Below, piece after piece: positions 52,920 to 63,578 of a stretch of DNA of 64,000 nucleotides. The DNA comes from Savitreella phatthalungensis. Taxonomy: Eukaryota. The stretch covers positions 62,001 through 126,000 of the forward strand of contig AP039704.1 in the NCBI GenBank assembly GCA_051599415.1. Direction: 5' to 3'. Position 1 is the stretch's first letter. The number at the start of each line of letters is the position of its first letter. A program made the position numbers and the translations under genes. The notes under the pieces are model-generated. The model was given only the letters and a program-made list of their open reading frames with translations, ran no database searches and had not been told where the DNA came from.

Positions 52920-54869
52920 CTACGTGATGCACCTCTCGCTCGGTGATCTGTAAGGGATTCCTAGCTTTGTAAAAATGTCTGCCTCTGTGGTGGCTGCGAG
53001 TCTGATTCCTGTAGATAGATCGAAGAGTCCTTTGTCGTTGAGCTTGAATCCCTTTTTCTTTGCTAGGAGCCTGATTGACCTGTTGAAGATTGCGCTGCCT
53101 GTGAAGTAGAGGAGTGCTGCACCATGGGCGCTTTCTTGGGTCACTAGTAAATCCAGCCTCCTGTACATGCCTGGGTGACCATCGACCTTGCTGATTTCAC
53201 CTGATTTGGGCTCGTGCTTTTCTCCGAGCCGTGCGACACCGAGCCACTTGCGTGAACAGTCACGTGAGGATGACAGGTCGTGAGTCAGGTAGCCGTGCCA
53301 GTTCCTCAACCCATCCACAACCTTCACCAACACCTCCCTGCACGCCGAAGCATCTTCCAACCCAGGACGCGTCAACAGCACATCGATATCACCTGACGCC
53401 TCCGCACCACGTCGATATGACCCGACCGCCGTCACCACCAGATGGCGATCGATTTCGTGACAGATGCGCGTGATTGCTCCAAGGTGAGCGGTGACTTGCT
53501 TGCGGGGTATGGGCCTGGTGATGTCAGGGTGTAAGAGGATTGCTAGTTTTTGGATTGAGGTTGGAGGTGGGTTTGCGCGCGCTAGGACTTGATCGAAGGT
53601 TGTGAGTCCTTGATTGACCCATTTGTGAGCGGTGTGCTCGCCGACGCCGTGGACGGTGAGGAAGTGCCTGAGGACGTCGAGCTGCGGGTGGGTGAAGGTG
53701 TGGGTTCGCCAGTTATCGAATCCGTCCTCGACCATCTCTGCGATCGACTGAGCGATTCGGTCGCCCACGCCGCTCACCGCTCGCGCCTCCGCGTACGTCC
53801 GCACAGGCGTCGGGTGCGTCCGTAAGCCTACAATCGCTCGACGGTATCCCAACACCCGCCACCGATCGTCCTCCCTCACAGAAGTCCCATACACGGAGAG
53901 CATCGCCTGAAGTCGCTCGATGATCGCCACATTCTCGTGTGCGCCACACTCGCGAGCAGGCGCGTTGACGCGGTGGGCTTGCGCACACTGAAAGTGCTGC
54001 TGCAGCACCTCCTGCCGGTTACGGTTCTGGGTTTTAGCGGGAAGATCATCTTCGTCAGACTCGCTCGCGCTCGGGCCGACGAGGGCGTGATCACTCCCGC
54101 TCGATCGCACGTGGTCGATGGCTTGGTCGAGTGCGTCTGTTGGGCGCTCGGTGGCTTTTGGCGGGGTTTCGAGCACGCGGTCCTGCCTTCTGAGCCTTGT
54201 GATGTGGGGAGCTGTCGCTTGGACGAGTGGTGTGGGTGGTGATTCTTCTGGCGTGGTGGTTTGCGTTTGTGAGTGGTGACGTGGGCGTGGCTGCTTGATC
54301 TGAAGACTTGTCTGGGAGGCCGAGTGCTCTGCTGCCTGTGCAGGGACGGGGGACGGCTCGAGCCCCGGGACAAGGAAGTCACCATCGATTGGTAAAATTC
54401 GACCCCAGGCCACACACTCCGGTGTGTATGTCTCGCTCACAGCGGTAGAACATCCTTGCAGCGCCTCCACACCCAGCCGTTTCAGGACCTCAGAGACACC
54501 AAGACCGCGGCCGCAGACGACAAAGTCACATTTGTGCTGAGCATACTCATCCTCAGAGATGATCGTCCCACCAAGGGATGCGACTTTGTCCATTCGCGCT
54601 CGGCGCGCGGCATTCGCGCGGGAGGATGGGACGAATACAAGAGTGAGACCTTGAAAAAGAAGGGGTTTTGGCTGTGGAGGGAGGACTGCAGCTGAAAGCT
54701 TGCGCTTCTTTCGTGGCTGTCGTGCGGAAGATTGATCGATCCATGAGGTGAAGAGGTCGTCTGCGTCTGCGTCAGCGTTCAGCAGGCCTTCCGAGTGGCG
54801 CCAGAAGTATGCGGCATCGCGACTGGCGAAGAACGCAGCCTTCGAGGTCGCCTCTACAGACTCAGTCAT
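52920..54869 (-). CDS. POL4: DNA polymerase X family, lambda-type (BRCT + lyase + polymerase)
   Basis: BRCT N-terminus; WRVLGYRRAI, VHGVGEHTAHKW, GSYRRG...GDIDVL, RRLDLL, LYFTGS (YF as in Pol beta/lambda rather than GW of Pol mu). Confidence 0.92.
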   Translation of the reverse strand: MTESVEATSKAAFFASRDAAYFWRHSEGLLNADADADDLFTSWIDQSSARQPRKKRKLSAAVLPPQPKPLLFQGLTLVFVPSSRANAARRARMDKVASLGGTIISEDEYAQHKCDFVVCGRGLGVSEVLKRLGVEALQGCSTAVSETYTPECVAWGRILPIDGDFLVPGLEPSPVPAQAAEHSASQTSLQIKQPRPRHHSQTQTTTPEESPPTPLVQATAPHITRLRRQDRVLETPPKATERPTDALDQAIDHVRSSGSDHALVGPSASESDEDDLPAKTQNRNRQEVLQQHFQCAQAHRVNAPARECGAHENVAIIERLQAMLSVYGTSVREDDRWRVLGYRRAIVGLRTHPTPVRTYAEARAVSGVGDRIAQSIAEMVEDGFDNWRTHTFTHPQLDVLRHFLTVHGVGEHTAHKWVNQGLTTFDQVLARANPPPTSIQKLAILLHPDITRPIPRKQVTAHLGAITRICHEIDRHLVVTAVGSYRRGAEASGDIDVLLTRPGLEDASACREVLVKVVDGLRNWHGYLTHDLSSSRDCSRKWLGVARLGEKHEPKSGEISKVDGHPGMYRRLDLLVTQESAHGAALLYFTGSAIFNRSIRLLAKKKGFKLNDKGLFDLSTGIRLAATTEADIFTKLGIPYRSPSERCIT

Positions 54870-55088
54870 GCACTGCTCTCAAAATGCTTTCATCCCAGAC
54901 TGCTTGCTAACCATCCAGTTCGATTGCTCGAGCGCGTGCTTTATTTTGTGTACACCCATAGAGACACACATGCACATGAGAATGCACACAATTTCCAGAA
55001 TGCATGTAGACGTGTGAATGCTCGTGAAGCCCGCTCACTATACCTTAATTTGGCTTGTTCTACGCTCCTGTGTATGAAAGCAAGATGT

Positions 55089-56150
55089 CTAGCGTTGGGG
55101 CGGAGGGAGACCAAAGACGTCCCTTGTGACGTACGGTGCTTCGATTGCCTTTATTTCTTCTTCTGAGAGTTGGATATTGAGTGCGTCGAGTGATTCTTGG
55201 AGTCGCTTGATTGAGGAGATGCCTAGGATTGGTGCTGTGATGCGTGTGCGTGACCAGGCGATGGCGATTTGAGCCATGGGAACGCCTCTGGCCTTTGCGA
55301 CTTTCTCGACGGCGTCGACGACTGCGCCATCTGCTTCTTCTACCGCCTTGTTGCCGTGGAAGGCCTTGAAGGTCGGGTCGGATTGCGCTCGCGTGCTCCC
55401 TGTCTTTTCCGACCGCGGGCGAGCGAGGACACCTCTGGCAAGGGGCGACCACGGGATGATGCCGACACCTGTGGACTTGCACAGCGGCAGCATCTCTCGC
55501 TCCTCCTCACGGTACAGCAGGTTGTGGAAATTCTGCATGCTGATGAACTTGGTCCAGCCGTGGCGTTCAGCAATCCCCTGAAGCTGTGCAAACTCCCAAG
55601 CGTACATGCTGCTCGCACCGATGTACCTGACCTTGCCTTGCTTGACGACGTCGTGCAGGGCTTCCATGATCTCTTCCGGCTCGACGTTCTTGTCTAGTCT
55701 GTGGATCTGAAGGACGTCGATGTAGCCTGTGTCGAGGCGCTTGAGGGAGGCATCGACGGCTTCGATGATGTGCTTACGCGATAGACCGATCCGGTTGATG
55801 TACTGTGCACCGAATTGCTCGTCCACCACCGCAGATGGCTTGCCCATGATGTTGGAGGTGCCGTCATCTGCGACGCCGAAGAAGCATTTCGTCAGGATCA
55901 CCACCTGCTCACGCGGGATCGAGTGCTGCTTCAACGCTTTCCCGAGAACCTCCTCGCTCTTTCCGTTCGAGTACGTGTCTGCACTATCGAACGTGTTGAT
56001 GCCTGCATCAAATGCAGCCTTGATCAGCTCGATTGACTCCTTCTCGTCCAGTACCCAGTCCTGCCACTTGCTTGACCCATATGACATGCATCCGACGATG
56101 AATGGCGAGACCCGAAGGCCGCTCTTACCAAGTCTCCTGTACTCAAGCAT
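55089..56150 (-). CDS. Aldo-keto reductase (aryl-alcohol dehydrogenase-like)
   Basis: YRRLGKSGLRVS...GCMSYG, FDSADTYSNG, LKRLDTGYIDVLQIHR, GKVRYIGASSM, IPWSPLARG. Confidence 0.92.
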   Translation of the reverse strand: MLEYRRLGKSGLRVSPFIVGCMSYGSSKWQDWVLDEKESIELIKAAFDAGINTFDSADTYSNGKSEEVLGKALKQHSIPREQVVILTKCFFGVADDGTSNIMGKPSAVVDEQFGAQYINRIGLSRKHIIEAVDASLKRLDTGYIDVLQIHRLDKNVEPEEIMEALHDVVKQGKVRYIGASSMYAWEFAQLQGIAERHGWTKFISMQNFHNLLYREEEREMLPLCKSTGVGIIPWSPLARGVLARPRSEKTGSTRAQSDPTFKAFHGNKAVEEADGAVVDAVEKVAKARGVPMAQIAIAWSRTRITAPILGISSIKRLQESLDALNIQLSEEEIKAIEAPYVTRDVFGLPPPQR

Positions 56151-56526
56151 ACTAGTAACGTTCCAATGAAGATCCTCTGTGCTCTACTGACCGTTTTTAA
56201 AACATGCTAGATGAGATGTGGTGATTCTCGCTTTACTCGGTACACAAGTGATGGAAATGCGGATGCGAATCTGGTGAAGGTTGGATCAGAGTTATGACGT
56301 CGTATTGATCCAGAACTTGACGCGGAATTCAACCAAACTAGCAGCGGAATGGAAATTGAATTCAGCCAGTGGAGACAAAGGTGAGGCAAAGGTGAGGCAA
56401 CGGAAAGGAGGGCGTTGCACAATGTTGGAGTCTGACCGAGAATAAAGGATACGTACATAGAGAATGCTAGGTCAAGGGATTAGCTCGCCTGATTGACTCC
56501 ACTTGATCGATTCGCAATCGATCCGG

Positions 56527-58074
56527 CTACTTGCTCTGAAGCGAGTCATTGGATCGAAATCTCGCGCCGATAGACGACATGAATTTGCGTGCTCTTCCGA
56601 CTGACGAGGTTGAGCTTGTGGTAGTCATCGAGTCTGAGGTGTCAGTGTGTGCAATCGTAGGCGCTGTGGCTCTGCGAGTTGAAGTGACGGCTGGTGAGGA
56701 AAGCCCCGGTGGATGCATCTTAGTTTCCACGAGGGTGGATGAGGCAGAATCGGTCGAAGGTGTTCCTGCAATGCTACCGGATAGAGGAGTCATTTGCGGT
56801 GGCGGCATGTTCTCTCGATCCATTGCCGCCTGGCGAGATGCCCTCTGACGTTCAGTGGATGTGCGAAGGGCGTTCGTCCCTGTGGATGTTTGAGGTGCTG
56901 GTGACGTGAGGGATGAGAGGATCTCTGTGGATCTCCTGCCGAGACGAAGACTGCCACGCTTTTTGTGGGTTGCCACGTGATCACGCTTTTCTGCGGCTGC
57001 CGCAAGACTTGCTGCCACTTCTTCGTTGGCAGCTGCATCGACAAGATGGTGCCTCGGTATCGGTGGCACTTCCGGCACACCCGGGTGATGCTGATGCTGC
57101 TGATGCTCCTTCTGCTGCTGATGAGCCGCCGTCGTCGTACTGAGCCTGTCAGATGACATCCACGCGCCAAGAGATTTCAGACGTGAGGTAGAGCCATTCG
57201 GTCTGACGGAGGTTGTCGAACCCGGTGTCTGCATACCGGCGTTGCTTGAGAGTGACAGGGCTGAGGTACCTGCCGGTGCGGTTGAGCTCCCGGCGACAGA
57301 CTTGTTTAGGACATGTGGAGAGGATGAGCTGCTGTTAGAGGCGAGATCGCCGTCAAATGGCGTGACGGTGCCGACGCAGGAGTCCGAGCCGAGGTAGGCA
57401 AAGTAGGCGCGCATGGCATCGTCACTCGTGGCAAAGTGTATCAGGGCTGAGCCGTCTGCTCTCCATTCGAATTCGACGGACTGTGGTGGGATAGGCGGCG
57501 GTGGTGGTTCTGACGCTACCGGTGTCACGTCGCCTGACGTTGACGGTCTGCTGGTGCGGCTGTGCGTGTTGATGCCACTGCCACCACCGTTGGCGCTGGC
57601 GCTGCTGACCGACTGGGTCTGCCTGTGTGTGTGGCCGACTTTGCTGACGGTACCCATGCCGAACGCCGCAAGTAGATCCTTTGCCGTGGTACCCTTGACG
57701 ATGCGTGACACGTGGAGTGTCTTGACGGAAGGCTCGCCGATGCTGCCGCCGAACAAACTGCTGCGCTCAGATGCTGGCGTCTGTGGTGCAGATCCATTAC
57801 CACTGCGAAGTGACGGTGGCACGGGAGGTTGCAGACCTGCTAGAGCGCCAAGTGACAAGTAGCCAGGTGTGCCAGATCCTAGACTGCCCCGCATCCGCAG
57901 CGGTCCTTCCTCCCCATCGTCACTCGAATCGTCGAGGTCGAGCCGTCTGTGGGATGCTGCGGGAACTGTATGTGAGAGAGTGGAAGGGAGATGCCGGAGA
58001 TCCTCTCGTGATCCTGCGCCGTAGATGCTGTTTGCACGTGAGGCTTGCGCTGATCGTCTGCCTGGAAGGAACAT
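56527..58074 (-). CDS. Low-complexity protein with a split RRM-like domain (Thc1/R3HCC1-type)
   Basis: KTLHVSRIVKGTTAKDLLAAF ... VEFEWRADGSALIHFATSDDAMRAYF flanked by S/T/P-rich disorder. Confidence 0.55.
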   Translation of the reverse strand: MFLPGRRSAQASRANSIYGAGSREDLRHLPSTLSHTVPAASHRRLDLDDSSDDGEEGPLRMRGSLGSGTPGYLSLGALAGLQPPVPPSLRSGNGSAPQTPASERSSLFGGSIGEPSVKTLHVSRIVKGTTAKDLLAAFGMGTVSKVGHTHRQTQSVSSASANGGGSGINTHSRTSRPSTSGDVTPVASEPPPPPIPPQSVEFEWRADGSALIHFATSDDAMRAYFAYLGSDSCVGTVTPFDGDLASNSSSSSPHVLNKSVAGSSTAPAGTSALSLSSNAGMQTPGSTTSVRPNGSTSRLKSLGAWMSSDRLSTTTAAHQQQKEHQQHQHHPGVPEVPPIPRHHLVDAAANEEVAASLAAAAEKRDHVATHKKRGSLRLGRRSTEILSSLTSPAPQTSTGTNALRTSTERQRASRQAAMDRENMPPPQMTPLSGSIAGTPSTDSASSTLVETKMHPPGLSSPAVTSTRRATAPTIAHTDTSDSMTTTSSTSSVGRARKFMSSIGARFRSNDSLQSK

Positions 58075-59010
58075 GTGCGTCTAATAGAGAAGTTGGGCGA
58101 GTGTTGTGACGTCGCTAAATGCAGGCTCAGAGGTGCGAGGTCATGCCGAATGGAGGAGGATAGAGAGTGATACGGAAACGAGCGTGACTTTGAAAGTGAA
58201 AAGTGTGAATTGATGAGTGAGCGCAAGGCGCAAGCGTTGGCTTTTCTGAGGTCAAAGGTCAAGTTGAGGGGATCAGTTGTTGCGTGTTGATGATTTGTTC
58301 GAGCCCGGGGGGGGGAGATTCAACGGGAGAGAAGAGTCGATGGGCGGGAGAAGGAGAAGGCCTCTGGAGATGATGTGGACAGAGGAGCTGAAGATAAGAG
58401 AGTAGAGAGTAGCGAGTAAGGAGTAGAGAGTTGAAGATGAAGAGTAGAGAGTATGGATGTGATGATGTGAGCTGTGTTTAATAGGTAAAGGCTTGGCTTG
58501 ATACTTTTGCCTGTGCGTGTCTCCACTTCTTAGCTATACTCTGCTGCACGTACGGCGTCATATGGGAATTCATCAATCCATCGCTGATTCATGCATTTCA
58601 TGATCATTCTTCAAAACAATGATGAAATGCATGGAATGGAAATTGATTTTGACAGGCGCTCACTCATTCATTACTCTCCAGTCTCCAGTTTACGGCAGAA
58701 CACGCAAACCAAGCAGATGGATGCACAACATCCAACAGGTCTATGATCCTCTCTCTACAGCTCAAGGGGTCTGCCTGATTCGACTTCTGAGTTCCATGAT
58801 CATTCTTGTCTGGACATCTTCGACCACAGCTACCGTCCAATTGTCTGACTCGAATGGTAGCCACACGAATGGACACGCAATGCTTCCTGCCCTGCATCCA
58901 TCACTCCATTGTCACGCTCAGAAGCACATCCAAACAAGCCGGTTTTACTACGAAGGTCCTTGAGAATCTCTTCCCATAGTAGCTGGCATTTTAGCTCTCT
59001 AATCTCCCTC

Positions 59011-59592
59011 TCAACGTCCACCGAGCTGCTCGCTATCGCGCAAAAATCGTCAGCCTCTTTTACCCATGCACCTGGAAAAATAAAAAAAAACTTACATCAT
59101 GACCTCGATCTGATCACCGTCGTCGAGCTGGAGCTCGTCTGGTGTCTGGTGTGGTTGGATCCGTTCACCGTCGACTAGGAATCGGACTGCTGAGAAACTC
59201 TTTCCCTGTCGCTCGCAGTATGTCTCCATCAGCTTCTTCAGCTGCGTCGTCCGCTTGATCTTGAAGAATACCTCTGCGCCATCCTAGAGCATGTTAGCCA
59301 CACTAGCCTTCCAACGCATATCGCAAGGTCGAGCCATAGATTCTCGGCACGACCCCTCCCTAAAAAAAAAGTTGCGCTTCCTGAGACGGTCACGAGATCG
59401 ACTGGCGCTCCTTGGTGATGATGATGATGCTTACAGATCCGACAACCTGCAATCTGGTTAGTCATCTGTATAACACGAGATATGGAGAGCATATTGGTGT
59501 CTTACCTTGAGGTTGACGTGCTCGGCAGCTGGCTTCTTCTCTTCACGCTCTTCGCCTGCCTGGTTATTGCTGTTGTTGTACTCGTCTGCCAT
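59011..59592 (-). CDS. SMT3: SUMO precursor, 4 exons (59592-59506, 59446-59435, 59283-59096, 59032-59011), 102 aa
   Basis: Spliced product ...[37 protein letters not shown]...RFLVDGERI...DQIEVMIEQLGG-R*; all three introns have GTAAG, a CTRAC branch and YAG. Confidence 0.93.
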
Positions 59593-60960
59593 TTGTGATG
59601 GATAGTCGTAGAGTGCAGCTGTAATGAGTAAAGCGGTCGTTTGACTTTGATCGGAAGACAAAGAGCGCGTTAGGAATCTGTGGTGGTCAGGGATCCGGGA
59701 GATTGGCTACTGGAGAATGTAGTGTGCAGTGTATGGAGAGCGAGAGTGTATACACGTACGTACGTCAGGCGAGATCTCGATTGGGTTGATGTTGAGTTTC
59801 TGTGCACGTGATGAAAGGTCAATTGACGCCACAGATGCACCAAATCCATCAGTCACCACTTGGTCATATAATTTATATATAGTCATTGTACTCAGAACAC
59901 AGAGAATCTATAGTTCGTGCTGGCAAATTATTACAATATTTCACAGATGATACAAACCTCCAGATCTGTGTGCATTTCACCCTCTTGCAGCAGTAGCAGT
60001 AACCACAACGAGATCCTGCATACGGTTTCACGTGTTAGTATTGCAAACCCTCGCTATCCAAGCAGGTGAGCCCTTGCAGAATCAGGAGCCCTTTGCAGGA
60101 TCAGGAGCTACATTCTAGACAATTCATTCCAGGCTTAGGATCACTCGGTAAAGGGCACAGTTCTGTCTTCTTTCGAATGTATATCGAGTCATGCACCCAT
60201 GAAAAAAAGACTGCATGTGACTCGCGTTTGTCACGTTACATCTGACAACAGCCCGGGTCACATGCAGGTCTCTCACTCATGGTAATCAATCGATCTTGAT
60301 GTGTACCTTGCCCATCGACGCGCCCCGGTCGCCGGCATTTGTGAAAGCCTGATTGGCGCCAGGGTGAGACAGTGTGATGGCCAGATGGGTCAAGGTCTAC
60401 GTGTTTCCACGCAGCTGCTCTGAGAATCGACCGAGCGCCCAGGTGTTTGAAGTCTCCTCTGCTGGTGTTTCCTTCACACCCCCGAAAGGCGATCTGGATC
60501 AGCAGAGGCGAGGCCATGGTGTAGGACCACGGAGCGACTCTATGGTCTTCTACAGAGAGCACTAAGATCACCGGGTGAGATGACTATTTTGTACGGTGTT
60601 GGACGTCGTGTGTGACAAGGCACAGGTGGAAAGTTTCCCAAACGGTGAATGCAGTGAGTGCAACAGACGGACGCGTCAATGCAGATAAAATGTTTGAGCT
60701 ATGCACGTAATTCACGAAAATAGACACAAATACATTTACAGCTTTTAGCCTAGGAATTTAGAGGCATCTAACTGCTCGCTCACGCACATACGTGCTCGAG
60801 TTCGCAATCATGACAGCAACCACTCCACGGGTAAGCATGAGCTCGCAGATGGTCACCGAAGAAACGCAAGCACGTATAGGGTAGAAAGCTAGTTCGTGTC
60901 CATGTCAAAGTCATGTCATATCTTACAGCTGCTACCTGGAATGTTACCATTCCACCTTAA

Positions 60961-61893
60961 CTAGTCGCTGTCATCGTCATCGAGCGCCTCATCGACGATC
61001 CCGCCACGACCAGGTTCGTCTTCCATGTCGTCGACGAGATCTGGATCTTGTCCCGTGAGTGCTGTCCGATCTAATGCTGTGATGTCCTCTTCCTCCTCCT
61101 CTGCATCTTCCTCATCGCCATCACTGTCTGACGATTGACCTCCTGCATCTGCGTCCTCGTCCTCGTCGTCGACAATCTCATCTTCCTCCTCCTCGTCGTC
61201 CTCGCCCTCCGCCTTCTTCCGCTTCTTCCTCGCTCCCGCGCCATCACCCTCCTCGTCCCCTTCGTCTGGGTCCTGCAACTCAAGCTCAAGTCCTTGACTC
61301 TTTCGCTTTCCTAGTTCCCTCTTTTCGATTTTCCGCTGCTCTGCCTCGTCGTGATCGGCCTTGAGATCTTCCACGAATTGTGACATCTCTGCCTTCTCCA
61401 ATGCTTCCCAGACGTCTTGCGGGAGCACTGTCTTTCGCCGCTTTGCTGCACACGCTTCTTGGGCGAGCGCTGCGATGTAGGAGATGAAGACGCTGGTCCC
61501 CTTTGTCAAGGCCATCAGCGCGTCCCGCGTGATCGTCCCCGTACCATCCGTCGGCAACACCGGCCGCGCCAGGTTCCGCACTGTCGATCGAGGTACCGTG
61601 CTCTCGTCAAACGTAGGCAACGTCATCGGACCCCACAGCGACACACCGTTCCCATCTTTTCCACCACCACCACCACCACCACCAGACTTCCGGCTCCGCG
61701 TACCCGCAGTCTTACCACCGCTCTTGGGTGTGCCGTCGGTCTTGGATCCCTTGGGTTTTGGGCCTGCGGAAGGTGCCTTCTTGGCCTTGGACGGTGTAGA
61801 CTTGGTGGGTGTGTCTGTGACGCCTGCGACGGTTGTGTCTACCGGAGGCACAGATACCTCTTGGAGGTCTGCTACCGATGACACTTCTGCCAT
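60961..61893 (-). CDS. DPB4: DNA polymerase epsilon / CHRAC histone-fold subunit Dpb4
   Basis: VPRSTVRNLARPVLP...ITRDALMALTKGTSVFISYI...KRRKTVLPQDVWEAL; acidic tail. Confidence 0.85.
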   Translation of the reverse strand: MAEVSSVADLQEVSVPPVDTTVAGVTDTPTKSTPSKAKKAPSAGPKPKGSKTDGTPKSGGKTAGTRSRKSGGGGGGGGKDGNGVSLWGPMTLPTFDESTVPRSTVRNLARPVLPTDGTGTITRDALMALTKGTSVFISYIAALAQEACAAKRRKTVLPQDVWEALEKAEMSQFVEDLKADHDEAEQRKIEKRELGKRKSQGLELELQDPDEGDEEGDGAGARKKRKKAEGEDDEEEEDEIVDDEDEDADAGGQSSDSDGDEEDAEEEEEDITALDRTALTGQDPDLVDDMEDEPGRGGIVDEALDDDDSD

Positions 61894-62111
61894 CTCTGCG
61901 TCGCTCGAAGGGCTACAAGGAGTTCGGTGTAGATGTGAGTTCTTGAGACGCGTCGTCTGGAATTAGACCCGTCTCCACGTGATCCTCATTTGATAGGTAA
62001 TGTAATCTTCGGGTGAGCTGACTGCGTCAAGGCAAAAAAATTGAACACGAGAGGACACACACCCCTATCGACCACACTGGAGACCTAGGGCGTCACCCTT
62101 TGTACGCACAC

Positions 62112-63326
62112 ATGCTCTCTTCCCGCACTTCACATCGCCTCCACAAGGCATGTCAGGCTGGTCTGGCCGGACGACGATGCTTCCGATCAGCCCCAGCCGC
62201 GTGCGATCGCTCGACACCTCCTAAACCAGTGTCGCAGGCTGATGGCGAAGCTCCACCGGCGACGACGCACTTTGGCTTCAAAGACATCCCATCGTCGATG
62301 AAGGAGTCGTTGGTGGGTGGTGTATTTTCGTCGGTGGCTTCGTCGTACGATGTGATGAACGATGTGATGTCGTTGGGCGTTCATCGTGTGTGGAAGGATT
62401 CGTTTGTGAGACGGTTGTCTCCTGGGCGGCGTGGTGGGTATGCTGGGCAACGTATCCTGGACGTTGCCGGTGGTACAGGTGACATTGCACTCCGACACCT
62501 CGACCATGCGACCGACGTACACTTCGACAGCGCGACCGACGTCCACGTGGTCGACATCAACGGCGCGATGCTGACGCAGGGGATGATTCGTGCGCGCGCG
62601 ACGCGGTACTACGACGCCTCCGTCGGTCGAGGCAATACCACGCCTGCTCGCACGCCCGAACACCCAGAAAGCGACGGCAGGGTCGGCCCCAGACTCAGAT
62701 TTTCTGTGGGCAACGCAGAAGACCTCGACTTTATCGAGGACAACTCGATCGATATCTACACAATCGCCTTCGGCATCCGCAACGTCACACACATAGATCG
62801 CGTCCTCAAAGAGGCATACAGGGTCCTCAAACCAGGCGGCGTCTTCTCCTGCTTGGAGTTCTCGAGTGTGAGGCCTGTGAAGCCACTCGTCGGGGAGAGT
62901 TTCGAGACTGCGCGCGGTGATGGATATGGGACCAGTCGGTTCTACGGCGGTGAGGGAAGGGATGATGTGGTGAAGGTGGATGGAGCTTGGAATACTGTAC
63001 GGTCTGCTTTCAGCCGCGTGTACGAGGGTTACTCGTTCAGTGTGATTCCCCTGATGGGAGAGCTCGTTGCTGGGGATCGGGCGAGTTACCAGTACCTTGT
63101 CGAGTCGATCGCTAGATTCCCTGACCAGGAACGCTTTGCAGGCATGATTGCAGACGCAGGATTTTCATTCCCAGGCGTACCACTCGGACACCCGATCCCC
63201 TCAGGTTCACTAGAGGGCAAGGCTTATCATAACCTCAGTCTCGGCATCGCAGCCATTCATACAGGTATCAAGCCTGTCGCGACGAACACAGCTCAGGACA
63301 AGAACTCTACATCTGAACATCTGTAA
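62112..63326 (+). CDS. COQ5: Ubiquinone biosynthesis C-methyltransferase, mitochondrial
   Basis: THFGFK, VFSSVASSYDVMNDVMSLGVHRVWKD, LDVAGGTGDIA, YTIAFGIRNVTH, YQYLVESIARFPDQ. Confidence 0.95.
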   Translation: MLSSRTSHRLHKACQAGLAGRRCFRSAPAACDRSTPPKPVSQADGEAPPATTHFGFKDIPSSMKESLVGGVFSSVASSYDVMNDVMSLGVHRVWKDSFVRRLSPGRRGGYAGQRILDVAGGTGDIALRHLDHATDVHFDSATDVHVVDINGAMLTQGMIRARATRYYDASVGRGNTTPARTPEHPESDGRVGPRLRFSVGNAEDLDFIEDNSIDIYTIAFGIRNVTHIDRVLKEAYRVLKPGGVFSCLEFSSVRPVKPLVGESFETARGDGYGTSRFYGGEGRDDVVKVDGAWNTVRSAFSRVYEGYSFSVIPLMGELVAGDRASYQYLVESIARFPDQERFAGMIADAGFSFPGVPLGHPIPSGSLEGKAYHNLSLGIAAIHTGIKPVATNTAQDKNSTSEHL

Positions 63327-63578
63327 TACATCTTATGACGTGGTCCGGTGATGGTAATTGTGATTAGGAATGGGGATTTGATTAAGGCGGAAAGGCCGTG
63401 CGTTGTCGTTAGCAATGGTAGTGGCAGCGAAGTGAAAGTGAAAGTGAAAGCGTTGCATCTAGTGCTGGTCTATAGAGAATGAGTGAAGCCTGAAGTCGTG
63501 CTGTGGCTGTTGTAAGAACCGTACGTTTGTTACGTTAGCGTGAGAAGGGGAGGAGGCGCGTGTTTGGAAGGAGGGTCT

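Noticed and set aside
59072..59095. Alternative CAG acceptor in SUMO intron 3 giving a GG-less isoform
   Set aside because: The resulting intron would be 24 nt with no branch site, too short to be credible
60068..60600. Short direct repeat (GAGCCCTT(T)GCAG.ATCAGGAGC) and small ORFs between SMT3 and DPB4
   Set aside because: Two-copy local duplication and ORFs with no coding signature; no ncRNA motif recognised
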